Assembly (NCBI RefSeq): GCF_000737315.1
Contig: NZ_JMCB01000006.1
Span: 144,001 to 268,000, forward strand
DNA from: Hyalangium minutum
GTDB lineage: Bacteria; Myxococcota; Myxococcia; Myxococcales; Myxococcaceae
Reading direction: 5' to 3'
DNA: 124,000 nt
Shown here piece after piece: positions 20,266 through 30,889 of the stretch. The notes beneath the pieces are model-generated. The model searched no databases, was not told the origin of the DNA, and saw only the letters and a program-made list of their open reading frames with translations. Every line of letters begins with the position of its first letter. Positions within the stretch are counted from its first letter, which is position 1. Both the position numbers and the translations under genes were made by a program.

Positions 20266-21396
20266 GTGCCCACGCTCCCCAACCCCAAATGGTTCGAAGC
20301 GCTGAAGAAGGATCCCAAAGCCGCTGAGGCCGGGATCCACTGGTTCACCCCCGAAGAAGCCGAGGCCAAGCGCGCCGAGGTCGCCAGCTGGTACGTGCAG
20401 GGTGACGCGCGCGTGCGCCACCACCTCCCGGACGCCGCGCTCGCCGCCGCCAAGGAGCAGTTCGCCCAGTTCGTCCCCGTGGGCGAGGGCCCCACCGCCT
20501 CGGATCGCGAGGGCAACAAGATTCGCAGCTGGCTCCTGCTCGCCAAGCAGTCTCCGGAGGAGCTGAAGGTGGCGCTCTCTCCCGTGCACCCGCCCTTCCT
20601 GTGGCTCGGGGCCGGGCAGACGCTCGCCTCACTCAAGGAAACAGTGGCGCCCTACTTCCCGGCCCATATTCCGTCCGAGGACAAGCTGGAGCACACCGTG
20701 CGCGGCTTCATCGGCACGAGCGCGGTGAACCACATCGATCTCATCCAGCTCCACGACCGCTACCAGGCCTCGGACTTCCTCGACGGGCTCACCTGGGGCA
20801 GCGCGTACAAGAAGGATCCCTTCCTCGAGATGCTGCCCAAGGGCCACTACGGCCAGGAGATGATCCAGCGCTACCGCGCTCAGGCTCCCGAGGGCATTCC
20901 CACCTTCAGCTTCCGCTCGCTGTTCACCAAGTCCATCCTCCGCGCCGAGGCCCACGCCAACGTCGCGGAGGGCGTGAACATCTTCGTCGTCCAGGTGCGC
21001 TACCACCCCGCCAAGCAGCAGGCGCTCATCCGCGACCTGAACCAGCAGCTCGGAATGCGGCTCCCCGAGGACCTCCCCGTGGACCTTGCCGGCGCCTTCA
21101 TCGGGCTCCCGTTTGATCCACCCGAGGTCATCCGCGCCGCGCTGCCCAAGCAGACAGACCTGGCGAAGATCTCCTTCGGCCTGCTCTGCCTGGACTGCCT
21201 CGCCCGGGACTTCACGGAGGCCGAGAAGGACCTGCGCGAGTACTCCACCCATGCCGAGGGCGCCGTGCGGCAGCTCGTCGCCAACCTCGCGCTCCGCCGC
21301 GGACTCAAGTCGCTGCTCACGGAGATGGCCAGCCGTGAGCAGCATCCCGAGTTCAAGAAACAGCTCACCGAGGTCTCTCAGCGCCTCCCCTCCTGA
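20266..21396 (+). CDS. Hypothetical protein
   Basis: 376-aa ORF with host-like codon bias filling the gap between P450 and the molybdoenzyme operon; no motif recognised. Confidence 0.7.
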   Translation: MPTLPNPKWFEALKKDPKAAEAGIHWFTPEEAEAKRAEVASWYVQGDARVRHHLPDAALAAAKEQFAQFVPVGEGPTASDREGNKIRSWLLLAKQSPEELKVALSPVHPPFLWLGAGQTLASLKETVAPYFPAHIPSEDKLEHTVRGFIGTSAVNHIDLIQLHDRYQASDFLDGLTWGSAYKKDPFLEMLPKGHYGQEMIQRYRAQAPEGIPTFSFRSLFTKSILRAEAHANVAEGVNIFVVQVRYHPAKQQALIRDLNQQLGMRLPEDLPVDLAGAFIGLPFDPPEVIRAALPKQTDLAKISFGLLCLDCLARDFTEAEKDLREYSTHAEGAVRQLVANLALRRGLKSLLTEMASREQHPEFKKQLTEVSQRLPS

Positions 21397-21407
21397 GACC
21401 TCTGCCC

Positions 21408-23651
21408 TCAGTGCCCTCCCAGCACCTTGTCGAGGGTGACGGGCAGGCTCCGGACGCGCTTGCCCGTCGCGTGGAAGATGGCGTTGGAGATCGCCGCTGC
21501 CACTCCGACGATGCCAATCTCCCCCAAGCCCTTGGCGCCCAGCGGGTTGACGACGGTGTCGTCCTCGTCAACGAAGAGGACCTCGATGTCCCGCACATCG
21601 GCGTTCACGGGCACGTGGTACTCGCCGAGGTTGTGGTTGATGAACCGGCCGAGTGCCGTGTCGACGACGGACTCCTCCTCCAGGGCCATACCGATGCCCC
21701 AGACGACGCCTCCCAGCACCTGACTGCGCGCCGTCTTCGGGTTCATGATGCGCCCGCCCGCCACGGCGGTGACGACGCGGGTCACCTGGATGATGCCCAG
21801 GTCCTCGTCCACCTTCACCTCCGCGAACACCGCCGAGTGCGCGGCCCGGGTGTACTTCTGCTGCTCGGAGAGGTTGGGCAGCGCCATCGTCTGCTCCTCG
21901 ATGCTCAGCACCTCGCCGTGCCGCATCGCCTCGAGCAGGGACACGGCCTTCGTGGGGTCCGCCTTTAGCCTGATTTGCCCACCCGCGAAGAACACCTCCT
22001 CCAGCTCCGACTTGGCGAGCGGTGAGCCGCGCACCTTCCGGGCCAGTTTGAACAACTGCTCGCGCACCTTCTCGCAGACCTCCTTCACCGCTGTGCCCAC
22101 GGAGGCCACCGTCCACGAGCCTCCCTCCAGCGGCGCGGGCGGCAGCGAGGAGTCGCCGAGCTTGAACGTCACGTCTTCCATCGGCAGCCCCAGCGTCTCC
22201 GCCGCGATCTGGGTCATCACCGTATAGGTGCCGGTGCCAATGTCCGAGGTGGCGCTGGACACGGTGAGCTTGCCGTCGATGCTCAGCAGGGCCTTGGCGC
22301 TGGCCGGCTGCTGCATCGCCTCCCAGACACCGGTGGCCATGCCCCAGCCGATGAGCTGCTTCCCGTCACGCATCGAGCGGGGCGTCGCCACCCGCCTGCC
22401 CCACCCGAAGCGCTCGGCGCCCTGGTGGTAGCAGGCCCGCAGCTCCTTGCTCGAGAACGGCTTGTCCGCGTTCTGGTCGCGCTCCGCGTAGTTCTTGAGG
22501 CGCAGCGCGAGCGGATCCACTCCCGCCGCATAGGCCAGCTCATCCATCGCGCACTCCAGCGCGTAGACGCCCCAGGCCGCTCCCGGCGCACGCATGTCGA
22601 GCGGCGTGTAGTGGTCCAGCGAGGCCACCTTGTAATCGAGCCGCACGTTGTCGCACTGGTAGAGCAGGCCGGACCAGTTGACGATGATCTCCGCGTAGTC
22701 CTCGAAGCGCGAGGTCTCCGAGATGGCCTCGTGGATGAGGGCCTGGAGCGTGCCGTCCGCCGACGCGCCGAGCGCCAGCCGCTGCAGCGTCGCGGGGCGG
22801 TGGCCGAACGTGAACATCTGCTGGCGCGTCATCACCACCCGCACCGAGCGCTTCAGCTCCCGCGACGCCATGACCGCGAGGAACAGCTGATACTGCGGCC
22901 GCAGCGCCGAGCCGAACGCTCCCCCCACGAAGGGTGAGCGCACGCGCGCCTCGCCCTCGGCCAGGTTGAACACCTTCGAGAGGTACTTCAGGCTGTTCTG
23001 CACGCCCTGCGTCTTGTCGTAGATGGTGAGCGTGCCGTCGTCCTCGTAGACCACCGTGGCCGCGTGCATCTCCATCGGGTTGTGGTGCTCGACCGGCGTC
23101 TCGTACTCCACGTCGATCCGCACCTCGGACTGGGCCAGTGCCTTGTCCGCATGGCCTCGGGGCTTCGGCGGAGGCTCGAAGCCGCCCTTGCCCATCTTCG
23201 GCGCTCGGGCCTTGCCGCGCTGCGCCCGTAGATCCGTCTCGTGCTTCTTGACTGAGTACTCGGCCCGGATGAGCGAGGCCGCGTAGCGGGCAGCCTCGAA
23301 CGTCTCCGCGACCACCAGCGCGATGGGCTGCCCGCTGTAGAGGATCTCGTCATCGTAGAGCGGCCGGAACGGTGAGCCCGCGGGCGAGTCCTCGTCCCGG
23401 TAGCTCTTATCGAACCATGGGAGCTTCGGCCGGTTCTCGTGCGTGAAGACGTGCAGCACCCCGGGCACCTGGAGCGCTTCCCTCGTCTCCAGCTTCTTGA
23501 TGCGGCCTCGGGCCACCGTGCTCGACACGACGACACCATAAGTAAGGCCGGGAGCTTGGAACTCTCCGGCGTACTTCGCCTGCCCCGTCACCTTCAGCGG
23601 TCCATCGACGCGGCTGACCGGCTTCCCCAGCAAGGGAGTGTGAGTGGTCAT
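21408..23651 (-). CDS. Xanthine dehydrogenase family Mo-binding subunit (PaoC/YagR-like)
   Basis: [46 protein letters not shown] motifs. Confidence 0.92.
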   Translation of the reverse strand: MTTHTPLLGKPVSRVDGPLKVTGQAKYAGEFQAPGLTYGVVVSSTVARGRIKKLETREALQVPGVLHVFTHENRPKLPWFDKSYRDEDSPAGSPFRPLYDDEILYSGQPIALVVAETFEAARYAASLIRAEYSVKKHETDLRAQRGKARAPKMGKGGFEPPPKPRGHADKALAQSEVRIDVEYETPVEHHNPMEMHAATVVYEDDGTLTIYDKTQGVQNSLKYLSKVFNLAEGEARVRSPFVGGAFGSALRPQYQLFLAVMASRELKRSVRVVMTRQQMFTFGHRPATLQRLALGASADGTLQALIHEAISETSRFEDYAEIIVNWSGLLYQCDNVRLDYKVASLDHYTPLDMRAPGAAWGVYALECAMDELAYAAGVDPLALRLKNYAERDQNADKPFSSKELRACYHQGAERFGWGRRVATPRSMRDGKQLIGWGMATGVWEAMQQPASAKALLSIDGKLTVSSATSDIGTGTYTVMTQIAAETLGLPMEDVTFKLGDSSLPPAPLEGGSWTVASVGTAVKEVCEKVREQLFKLARKVRGSPLAKSELEEVFFAGGQIRLKADPTKAVSLLEAMRHGEVLSIEEQTMALPNLSEQQKYTRAAHSAVFAEVKVDEDLGIIQVTRVVTAVAGGRIMNPKTARSQVLGGVVWGIGMALEEESVVDTALGRFINHNLGEYHVPVNADVRDIEVLFVDEDDTVVNPLGAKGLGEIGIVGVAAAISNAIFHATGKRVRSLPVTLDKVLGGH

Positions 23652-24643
23652 TGCTGCACCTCCGTTCCCGCCGCCTGCTCCAGCGCGCGGACCACCGCCC
23701 GCCGGGCCAGCTCAATCTTGAAGGTGTTGTGGCCATACCCCTTGGCGTCGCGAAGGATCGCGTCCGCCACGGACCGGAAGCTCTCCCCGGTGGCGCGCTG
23801 GCCGCTCAGCATCGCCTCGGCCTTCGTGTCTCGCCACGGCTTGTGCGCCACGCCTCCGAGCGCGATCCGCGCCTCCCGGATGACGCCTTCGTCCAGCTCC
23901 AGCCCCACCGCCACGGACACGAGCGCGAACGCGTACGACTGGCGGTCGCGGATCTTCAGATAGCTGAAGTTCCTCGCGAACCCCTTTGCGGGCAGGTCCA
24001 CCGAGGTGATCAGCTCGTCCGGCCGCAGGTTCGTGTCCAGGTGAGGCGTGTCCCCGGGCAGCCGGTGGAACTCGGCGATCGGGATGGTGCGCTCGCCGTC
24101 AGGTCCTTTGACTTGGATGGACGCTTCGAGCGCCGCGAGCGCCACGCACATGTCCGACGGGTGGGTGGCAATGCACTTCTCGCTCGTCCCAAGGATGGCG
24201 TGGATGCGGTTGATGCCCGCGAGCGCTCCACACCCCGAGCCGGGCTCGCGCTTATTGCAGGGCGTGCCCGTGTCATAGAAGTAGTAGCACCGCGTGCGCT
24301 GGAGCAGGTTGCCACCCGTGGTCGCCATGTTGCGCAGCTGCGCCGAGGCTCCCGCCAGGATGGCCTTCGACAGCAGCGGGTAGCGCTGCTCTACTCGCGC
24401 GTCGTACGCCACCGCCGAGTTCGTCACCAGCGCGCCAATCCTCAGCCCGCCGTCCGCCTGCTCCTCGATGGTGTTGAGAGGCAGCCGGTTGACGTCGATC
24501 AGGTGGCTCGGGCGCGACACGTTCTCCTTCATCAAGTCGAGGAGGTTCGTGCCACCCGCGATGAACCGCGCCCGCTCGTTCCGGGCAATCGCGCTCACGG
24601 CGCCCGCGACGCTGCCGGCCCGCTCGAAGGAGAACCGGTTCAT
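23648..24643 (-). CDS. Xanthine dehydrogenase family FAD subunit (PaoB/YagS-like)
   Basis: [40 protein letters not shown] [4Fe-4S] insert; 4-bp overlaps with both neighbours. Confidence 0.92.
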   Translation of the reverse strand: MNRFSFERAGSVAGAVSAIARNERARFIAGGTNLLDLMKENVSRPSHLIDVNRLPLNTIEEQADGGLRIGALVTNSAVAYDARVEQRYPLLSKAILAGASAQLRNMATTGGNLLQRTRCYYFYDTGTPCNKREPGSGCGALAGINRIHAILGTSEKCIATHPSDMCVALAALEASIQVKGPDGERTIPIAEFHRLPGDTPHLDTNLRPDELITSVDLPAKGFARNFSYLKIRDRQSYAFALVSVAVGLELDEGVIREARIALGGVAHKPWRDTKAEAMLSGQRATGESFRSVADAILRDAKGYGHNTFKIELARRAVVRALEQAAGTEVQQ

Positions 24644-25176
24644 GGCTTCTCCTCCTTCTCGCACTCCTGCTTCGCCTGCTCGATGGCCGCGACGATGTTG
24701 GGATACGCGCCGCACCGGCAGAGGTTGCCGCTCATCAGCTCGCGGATGTCGTCTCTCGTCTGGGCCTTGCCCTCCTTGATGAGCCCCAGCGCGGAGCAGA
24801 TCTGCCCCGGAGTGCAGTAACCACACTGGAACGCGTCGTGCTCGACGAAGGCCGCCTGCAGCGGGTGGAGCGTCTCGCCCGAGGCAATGCCCTCGATGGT
24901 CGACACCTCCGCGCCGTCCTTCATCACCGCCAACGTCAGGCACGAGTTGATCCGCTGGCCATTCACCAGCACGGTGCAGGCGCCGCACTGCCCGTGGTCG
25001 CAGCCCTTCTTCGTGCCCGTCAGCTCCAGGTTCTCCCGCAGCAAGTCGAGCAGCGTCGTCCAAGGCTCGACCTCCAGCTGCTTCTCCGAGCCGTTGACCT
25101 TGAGGGTGATCGAATGCTTCGAGGGCGACTCCGCTGATGACACCCTCGCCGAGGGCTCATGGAAGGAAGGCTTCAC
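24640..25176 (-). CDS. Xanthine dehydrogenase family 2Fe-2S subunit (PaoA/YagT-like), no Tat signal
   Basis: [11 protein letters not shown] and [15 protein letters not shown] motifs. Confidence 0.92.
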   Translation of the reverse strand: MKPSFHEPSARVSSAESPSKHSITLKVNGSEKQLEVEPWTTLLDLLRENLELTGTKKGCDHGQCGACTVLVNGQRINSCLTLAVMKDGAEVSTIEGIASGETLHPLQAAFVEHDAFQCGYCTPGQICSALGLIKEGKAQTRDDIRELMSGNLCRCGAYPNIVAAIEQAKQECEKEEKP

Positions 25177-25494
25177 GTGAACACGCTCCTGCTGGAGATG
25201 GATCCGGTCCTAGCGAGGTAAGGACTCGGAGCGCTCGCGTCCTTCCGGGGGAGCCCGCACCCACGGCGGAGGATTGGCTAATGGATACTGGCGCCCTACA
25301 GCTCCCCTCATCGTGTTGAGTCGTCGAAAGCGGCGCTGCGCTTACATAGGTCGACACCCCACGACAAGTGCACCTACGTGGAAACCCGCTCTCTCGGAAA
25401 AACAACCGTGGCCGCGTAAGCTGCACGCAACTGATCCGAGGGCGCGCGGAGAACCATTCCAGCCCCTTTTTTTCCCTATCGAAGGAGAAGTCCC

Positions 25495-28400
25495 ATGGCC
25501 CGCCCCATTGAATCCGGCTCCGCCGACGTCGCCGCCCGCGAGGCTGCACGCCGCGCCGCCGAAGAGGCCGCCCGCCGCGCCGCTGAAGAGGCCGCTCGCC
25601 GCGCCGCTGAAGAGGCCGCCCGCCGCGCCGCCGAGGCCAAGAACAATCAGGTGACGAACAAGGCGACCACGCCCGAGAAGCCGGTCGCCACCCGGGACGA
25701 GTTCGCCGCCACCAGCACCCCCCAGGCCAAGGGCCCGGACCTCGAGGGCGGCAAGCCCACCGAGTCGAAGCTGCCGGAGAAGCCCGAAGACTTGCCCAAG
25801 CTCTTCCCCGAGCTGAAGGACAAGCCCAAGGAGGTGCTGCAGAAGACGTATGACTCGATGAAGAAGCTCACCGAGGGCGACTTCTCCGAGAAGGCCACCG
25901 CGCTAGGCGAGCTGTCCAAGACGTTCCCGGACACCACCAAGAACGTCCTCACCAAGCTGGGCATTCAGGACAACAAGCTGGCGAAGCTGGCCACCAACTC
26001 GGACGCGCTGTCCGCGCTGGGCAAGCTCACCAGCAAGGACTCCTCCACCGCTGACAAGGCCAGCGCCGCGCTCGAGCTGGCCAACGCCGCCGGCGACATC
26101 TTCAAGCCCGAGGACCTCAAGGGCGTGCTCAACCACGCGCTCAACGGCCTGCCCGCGGGCGCCAAGCTCGCCGAGGCCATTGGGGCCTTCACCGACCCCA
26201 ACAAGAGCGCGCTGGACAAGACTAAGGCCTCGCTGGAGCTGGCCTCGGCGCTCAAGGACTTCGCCGGCAAGTCCTTCCCGCAGGTGGAGAACACCCTGCG
26301 CAAGCTGGACGGCACCTTCCGCGCCGCCAACGCCGCCGTGAAGCTGCTGGACCCCGAGGCCTCCGCCAAGGACAAGGCCCTGGCCGCCGCTCAGCTCGCC
26401 GCCGAGCTGCCGGACCTCAAGAAGGACCTCACCGAGTTCAAGAACCTGCTCAAGCAGAACGGCGTGAAGGGCGCGGACGCCGCCGTGGACGAGGGCGCGA
26501 GGCTCGCCGACGCCGTGGTGAAGGGTCTCGACCCGGCCGTGGCCCAGAAGCTCACCCCGGATCAGCTCAAGGGGCTCCAGGACGTGGCCGCCAAGGTCGG
26601 CCCGGAGAACCTCGAGGGCGTGCTCAAGGGCATCCAGGACCCCAAGGCGCTCGAGGCGCTCACGGGCCAACTCGACAAGCTGGATGCTGACTCCGGCAAG
26701 CGGCTGCTCAAGACGCTGGGCGGCATGGAGCACGGCAACCTCGCCAAGGTCCTCACGGATCCGAAGACGGCCGAGCAGCTGGGCACCCTGGCCACCAAGC
26801 TGGACGACGAGGCCGCCGAGCTCGTCGGCAAGCTGGCCAAGGACATGGACGTCGACGGGCTGAAGACGCTGATGAAGTTCACCGACGGCGTCAGCGGCGA
26901 CGTGCTCAAGACGGGCCTCAAGGGCCTCAAGCCCCTGCTGGAGGAGGGCGGCGGCAAGCTGGTGGGCAAGGGCCTCAAGCTGCTGGACGACATGCTCGGC
27001 AAGATGGGCGTGAAGGTCACCGGCGAGGTGGCCGGCAAGGTCTTCAAGAACCTGGCGAAGGCCATCCCGCTCGCGGGCGCCGTGCCGGGCCTCATCGACG
27101 CGGGCAAGTACGCCAAGGAGGCGATGGACCTCCGGGACAAGAACAAGGACCTGGGCTTCTTCGCGCTGGTGGGCGCCAACCTCAACGCCGCGGATGCGGT
27201 GGTGGGCACGGCGCTGGACTTCACCGGCGTGGGCGCCGCAGTGGACCTGGGCGCGGGCGCCGCCTTCGGCGTGGCCGAGCTGGCGCTGGACCTGGCCTTC
27301 GACGCCGAGAAGAAGAAGATGGAGGCGGATCCGCAGAACTACCAGGCGCCGGACTGGATGAAGGCCGTAAACCTGGGCGCCGCCGCCGCCATGGGCCCCG
27401 CGGGCATGACGCAGCTCGCGGCCTACTACGGGCCCGAGGGCGCCGCCGAGCTGACCCAGTGGGGCATCGAGAAGGGTGCCAAGGGCGCGGTGAAGCTCGC
27501 CGAGTTCGCGGGCGTCAGCGCCGCCAACGCCACCGGCGATGGGATGAAGCTCACGGCGGGCTTCATCCACGGGCTCGCGGATGTGATCCGCAACCCCTCC
27601 AAGTACGGCGAGGCCGTCGCCACCAAGGCGCGTGATGCGTTCAACGCCGCCATGGAGAAGGGTGGCGAGATTGCCGCGGAGGCCAAGAAGGTCCTCGGCA
27701 ACGTCATCGACGAGGCGAAGCAGCTCGGCGAGAAGGGGCTCGACACCCTGAAGTTCATCGCCCAGAACCCGGGCGAGGCCGCGAAGATGGCGCTCGACGG
27801 CGTCAAGAGCATGGTCGACAAGGGCATGGAGCTGGCGCAGCAGGGCAAGGAGGCCCTGCTGAAGAAGGCCACCGAGACGCTCGACGCGCTCAAGACGGGC
27901 TGGGAGAACCTCAAGGGTGCCGCCAAGGAGAAGGCAGCGGAGCTCATCAACGGCGCCAAGGAGGGCATCCAGTCCGCGCTGAACAAGGCGAAGGAGCTGG
28001 GCGAGAAGGGCCTCGAGACGCTCAAGTGGGCCGCCACGCACCCGGGTGAAGTGGGCGAGATGGCCAAGAAGGCCTTCACCGACCTGATGGCCAAGGGCGG
28101 TGAGGTGGCCAAGAAGGCCTGGGACGGGCTCAAGAGCCTGGGCGCCAAGGGGCTCGAGGTGGCCGAGGCCGCCGTCAAGGGACTCAAGGACGCGGGCGGC
28201 AAGGCGGTGGAGACACTCAAGTACATCGCCGAGAACCCGGGCGAGGCCGCCGCCAAGGTGCGCGACTGGGCCGGCCAGACGCTCTCGGACATGGCGCGCA
28301 AGGGCGGTGAGATGGCGAAGGAGGCCGCCACCGCCATCAAGGACTTCGTGGACCGGCGCGTGGACTGGGCCAAGCAGTTCGCCACGGACCTGCTCAAGGA

Positions 28401-28743
28401 CGGCGTGGAGTCCTTCAAGGAGGTCGCCAAGGCCTGGGGACAGAACCTCACCGAGGGCGGCAAGGAGATCCTCGGCGCGCTCAAGGATCTGGGCGGCGCG
28501 GGCGTGAACGCGCTGCAGGACCTCGCCAAGGCGGGCGGGCAGCTGGCTGAGGCCGCCGTGGGCTACTTGGGCGACCTGGCGAAGATGGGCGTGGACGCCG
28601 CGAAGGGCGCGCTCGAGGGCCTGGCGAACTTCGGCGGCGAGGTCGGCCGGCTGGCCAGCGGCGCGTTCGATGCGGTGAAGAACGCCACCAACGGCGAGAT
28701 GAGCGTCTTCGGCCACAAGGTGGACGTGAACCCGTTCTGGTGA
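25495..28743 (+). CDS. Large signal-less alpha-helical hypothetical protein (1082 aa)
   Basis: Very strong GC3 codon bias; EAARRAAE repeats at the N-terminus, Gly/Ala-rich hydrophobic middle, amphipathic GEKG(L)xTLK..xPGE repeats in the C-half. Confidence 0.85.
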   Translation: MARPIESGSADVAAREAARRAAEEAARRAAEEAARRAAEEAARRAAEAKNNQVTNKATTPEKPVATRDEFAATSTPQAKGPDLEGGKPTESKLPEKPEDLPKLFPELKDKPKEVLQKTYDSMKKLTEGDFSEKATALGELSKTFPDTTKNVLTKLGIQDNKLAKLATNSDALSALGKLTSKDSSTADKASAALELANAAGDIFKPEDLKGVLNHALNGLPAGAKLAEAIGAFTDPNKSALDKTKASLELASALKDFAGKSFPQVENTLRKLDGTFRAANAAVKLLDPEASAKDKALAAAQLAAELPDLKKDLTEFKNLLKQNGVKGADAAVDEGARLADAVVKGLDPAVAQKLTPDQLKGLQDVAAKVGPENLEGVLKGIQDPKALEALTGQLDKLDADSGKRLLKTLGGMEHGNLAKVLTDPKTAEQLGTLATKLDDEAAELVGKLAKDMDVDGLKTLMKFTDGVSGDVLKTGLKGLKPLLEEGGGKLVGKGLKLLDDMLGKMGVKVTGEVAGKVFKNLAKAIPLAGAVPGLIDAGKYAKEAMDLRDKNKDLGFFALVGANLNAADAVVGTALDFTGVGAAVDLGAGAAFGVAELALDLAFDAEKKKMEADPQNYQAPDWMKAVNLGAAAAMGPAGMTQLAAYYGPEGAAELTQWGIEKGAKGAVKLAEFAGVSAANATGDGMKLTAGFIHGLADVIRNPSKYGEAVATKARDAFNAAMEKGGEIAAEAKKVLGNVIDEAKQLGEKGLDTLKFIAQNPGEAAKMALDGVKSMVDKGMELAQQGKEALLKKATETLDALKTGWENLKGAAKEKAAELINGAKEGIQSALNKAKELGEKGLETLKWAATHPGEVGEMAKKAFTDLMAKGGEVAKKAWDGLKSLGAKGLEVAEAAVKGLKDAGGKAVETLKYIAENPGEAAAKVRDWAGQTLSDMARKGGEMAKEAATAIKDFVDRRVDWAKQFATDLLKDGVESFKEVAKAWGQNLTEGGKEILGALKDLGGAGVNALQDLAKAGGQLAEAAVGYLGDLAKMGVDAAKGALEGLANFGGEVGRLASGAFDAVKNATNGEMSVFGHKVDVNPFW
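25540..25638 (+). repeat. Coding tandem repeat, 24-bp unit x about 4 (EAARRAAE)
   Basis: gaagaggccgcccgccgcgccgct-type units read directly from the sequence. Confidence 0.85.
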
Positions 28744-28778
28744 TGCCGCGCCCCAGGGGGCGGCCTGGAGACGGCGGG

Positions 28779-29624
28779 CTAGATGCGCGCGAGCTTGTCC
28801 GGGTTGAGGATCGCCCGGATGCCGTGGATGCGCTCCCCGTCCGTCTCCAGCGAGATGACGTCGAAGACGGTCCCGTTCAGCCGCACCACCAATGAGGGCC
28901 AGCCGTTCACCTCGAGGACCTCCGCCCCGAACCCGAACTTCGCCTTCTTCACGATGCCGATGTACAGGCGCGCCACCGCATCCGCCCCATGGACAGGCCG
29001 CGTGGAGGCCCCGAAGGCCTTGCCTCCACCGTCCGACCAGGCCGTCACGTCATCGGAGAGCATGCGCTTGAGGCCTTCCAGATCCCCGCTGACGCACGCC
29101 GAGAGGAACCCGGTCACCAGCCGCTCATGGGCCTGCTTGGAGGGCGCGAACCGGGGCCGCCGCGCTTGGAGGTGCTCGCGGGCCCGGTGCAGCAACTGAC
29201 GGCACGCGGCCTCCTCCTTGCCCACCATCTGGGAGACCTCGGCGTGGCTGTAGCCGAACACCTCGTGCAGCAGGTACACGGCGCGCTCCACCGGCGTGAG
29301 GCTCTCGAGCAACACCAGGAACGCGACGGAGATCGTCTCGGGATCCACTGCAGAGTCCGTGCGCACGGGCTCGGGAAGCCACGGCCCCACGTAGACCTCC
29401 CGGTTGGCCCTCGCGCTCTTGAGGTGATCCAGGCACAGCCGCGTCACCACCGTGGCGAGGAACGCCCGGCCCGAGCGCACCGCGTCCCGCGGTGCTGACT
29501 GCCAGCGCAGCCAGGCCTCCTGGACGATGTCCTCTGCCTCGGCCGCCGAGCCGAGCATCCGGTAGGCGATGGCCACCAGCATGGGCCTGTGGGTCTCGAA
29601 GACCGCCATGAGCTCTCCCGTCAT
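28779..29624 (-). CDS. ECF41 (SigJ-like) sigma-70 factor with C-terminal SnoaL-like extension
   Basis: AYRMLGSAAEAEDIVQEAW, YVGPWLPEP, WSDGGGK, ILNPDKL motifs; ATGA overlap with the upstream oxidoreductase. Confidence 0.9.
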   Translation of the reverse strand: MTGELMAVFETHRPMLVAIAYRMLGSAAEAEDIVQEAWLRWQSAPRDAVRSGRAFLATVVTRLCLDHLKSARANREVYVGPWLPEPVRTDSAVDPETISVAFLVLLESLTPVERAVYLLHEVFGYSHAEVSQMVGKEEAACRQLLHRAREHLQARRPRFAPSKQAHERLVTGFLSACVSGDLEGLKRMLSDDVTAWSDGGGKAFGASTRPVHGADAVARLYIGIVKKAKFGFGAEVLEVNGWPSLVVRLNGTVFDVISLETDGERIHGIRAILNPDKLARI

Positions 29625-30790
29625 GCCGCCAGTGTGCTCCGGCCCGGGACTTCGAGCGAGCGCGTTCGCCCCGTCTTGACCCACAGGGTCCGCACCCAGC
29701 GCCTGCGCTCGCCCAGGAGCGTCCACACAGTGAAGCGGACGATGAACTCCTTCACCCAGGCCGCCGTGCGGCCCTTGAGGACCCAGTGCGCGGGCGAGCC
29801 ATCCCGGCCCATCGGTTGGATCAGACCGTCCTTCCGGCCGAGGCTGATGCACACCCCCGCATCCATATAGTCGAAGGGCAGCTCCGGCAGGCCGCGAGCA
29901 AGCCGTGCGAGGTTCTCTCCGACGTGGGCGCCCATCGGCAGCGCGGTCTTGCAGCCCATCCCTGTGGGAGCGAGCGGCTCGACCACGCAGGCCGCATCCC
30001 CGACGACGCAGACGTTCTCGTGCCCGAGCGCCCGGAGGTACGGATCCACCAGCACCTGCCCCCGCGTGTTCACAGGCAGCCCGGACTCGCGCACCACGGA
30101 CGGCACCACGAAGCCCCCGACCCAGACACAGGCATCGAACGGCACAAACCTGTCTGACAACTCGACCGCTCCGGCCTGGACGCGCCGCACCTCCCCCTGC
30201 TGCACGGAGATCCCGAGCCGGCGCAGCACCGCGTTCAGATGCGAGCGCCCCGCCTCCGAGAGGTTCTCCCCCAGAGGACTCGAGGACAGCAGGGTCACCT
30301 GGAGCCCCGGATAGGACTCCGCCATCTCCGTGGCGCTCTCGATGCCAGTGAGCCCGCCTCCAATGACGACCACGCGCCCCTTGCGCGCGGCGATGGAAGG
30401 GAGCTGCTTGGCCAGCTCCGCCGAGGAGCCAGCATCGATCGTCCACGCGTGCTCCCGGACACCTGGCACCCGGTCCCGATCCACCTGAGAGCCCAGCGCC
30501 ACCACCAGACGATCGAAGGGCACCTGCTCTCCCTCCACCGTGACTTCACCGCGAGGATCCACCCGGGTGACCCAGCCGCGCTTCAGCACAACGCCCGTGC
30601 CCTTCAGCATCGAGGCGAGCTCCCGCACCACCAGGGACTGGCCCGCCGCCTGCTGGTGAAGCCGGATGCGCTCCACGAAATGATCGCTCGCGCTCACAAG
30701 CGTGATGTCCGCCTGCCCACGGGCCTGCCACGCAAGCCGCAGCGCGCACACAACACCTGCATACCCACCACCGAGAATGACGACGCGCAT
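29621..30790 (-). CDS. NAD(P)/FAD-dependent oxidoreductase (NDH-2-like)
   Basis: GGGYAG, second GGGLTGIE, VVGDAA, CISLGRKDG motifs. Confidence 0.9.
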   Translation of the reverse strand: MRVVILGGGYAGVVCALRLAWQARGQADITLVSASDHFVERIRLHQQAAGQSLVVRELASMLKGTGVVLKRGWVTRVDPRGEVTVEGEQVPFDRLVVALGSQVDRDRVPGVREHAWTIDAGSSAELAKQLPSIAARKGRVVVIGGGLTGIESATEMAESYPGLQVTLLSSSPLGENLSEAGRSHLNAVLRRLGISVQQGEVRRVQAGAVELSDRFVPFDACVWVGGFVVPSVVRESGLPVNTRGQVLVDPYLRALGHENVCVVGDAACVVEPLAPTGMGCKTALPMGAHVGENLARLARGLPELPFDYMDAGVCISLGRKDGLIQPMGRDGSPAHWVLKGRTAAWVKEFIVRFTVWTLLGERRRWVRTLWVKTGRTRSLEVPGRSTLAA

Positions 30791-30815
30791 GGTTCCGCTC
30801 CTTTTTCGCCAGGGA

Positions 30816-30842
30816 GACGACCTGGGAAATTCGGGCGTGACA
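30816..30842 (-). promoter_or_regulatory. ECF41-type promoter TGTCACG-N16-CGTC
   Basis: Minus strand reads TGTCACG cccgaatttcccaggt CGTC, about 25 nt before the oxidoreductase ATG; matches the known ECF41 consensus TGTCACA-N16-CGTC. Confidence 0.8.
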
Positions 30843-30889
30843 CTGCGCGACGAATCGCTGAATCCCCTGTGAATCCGGGACCTTACAAC

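Noticed and set aside
25903-28716. 937-aa minus-strand ORF, and similar long ORFs at 30239-33085, 72403-75414, 80174-82678 and 95291-97360
   Set aside because: Stop-poor antisense frames typical of high-GC3 genes; the opposite strand carries recognisable motifs or the strong codon bias
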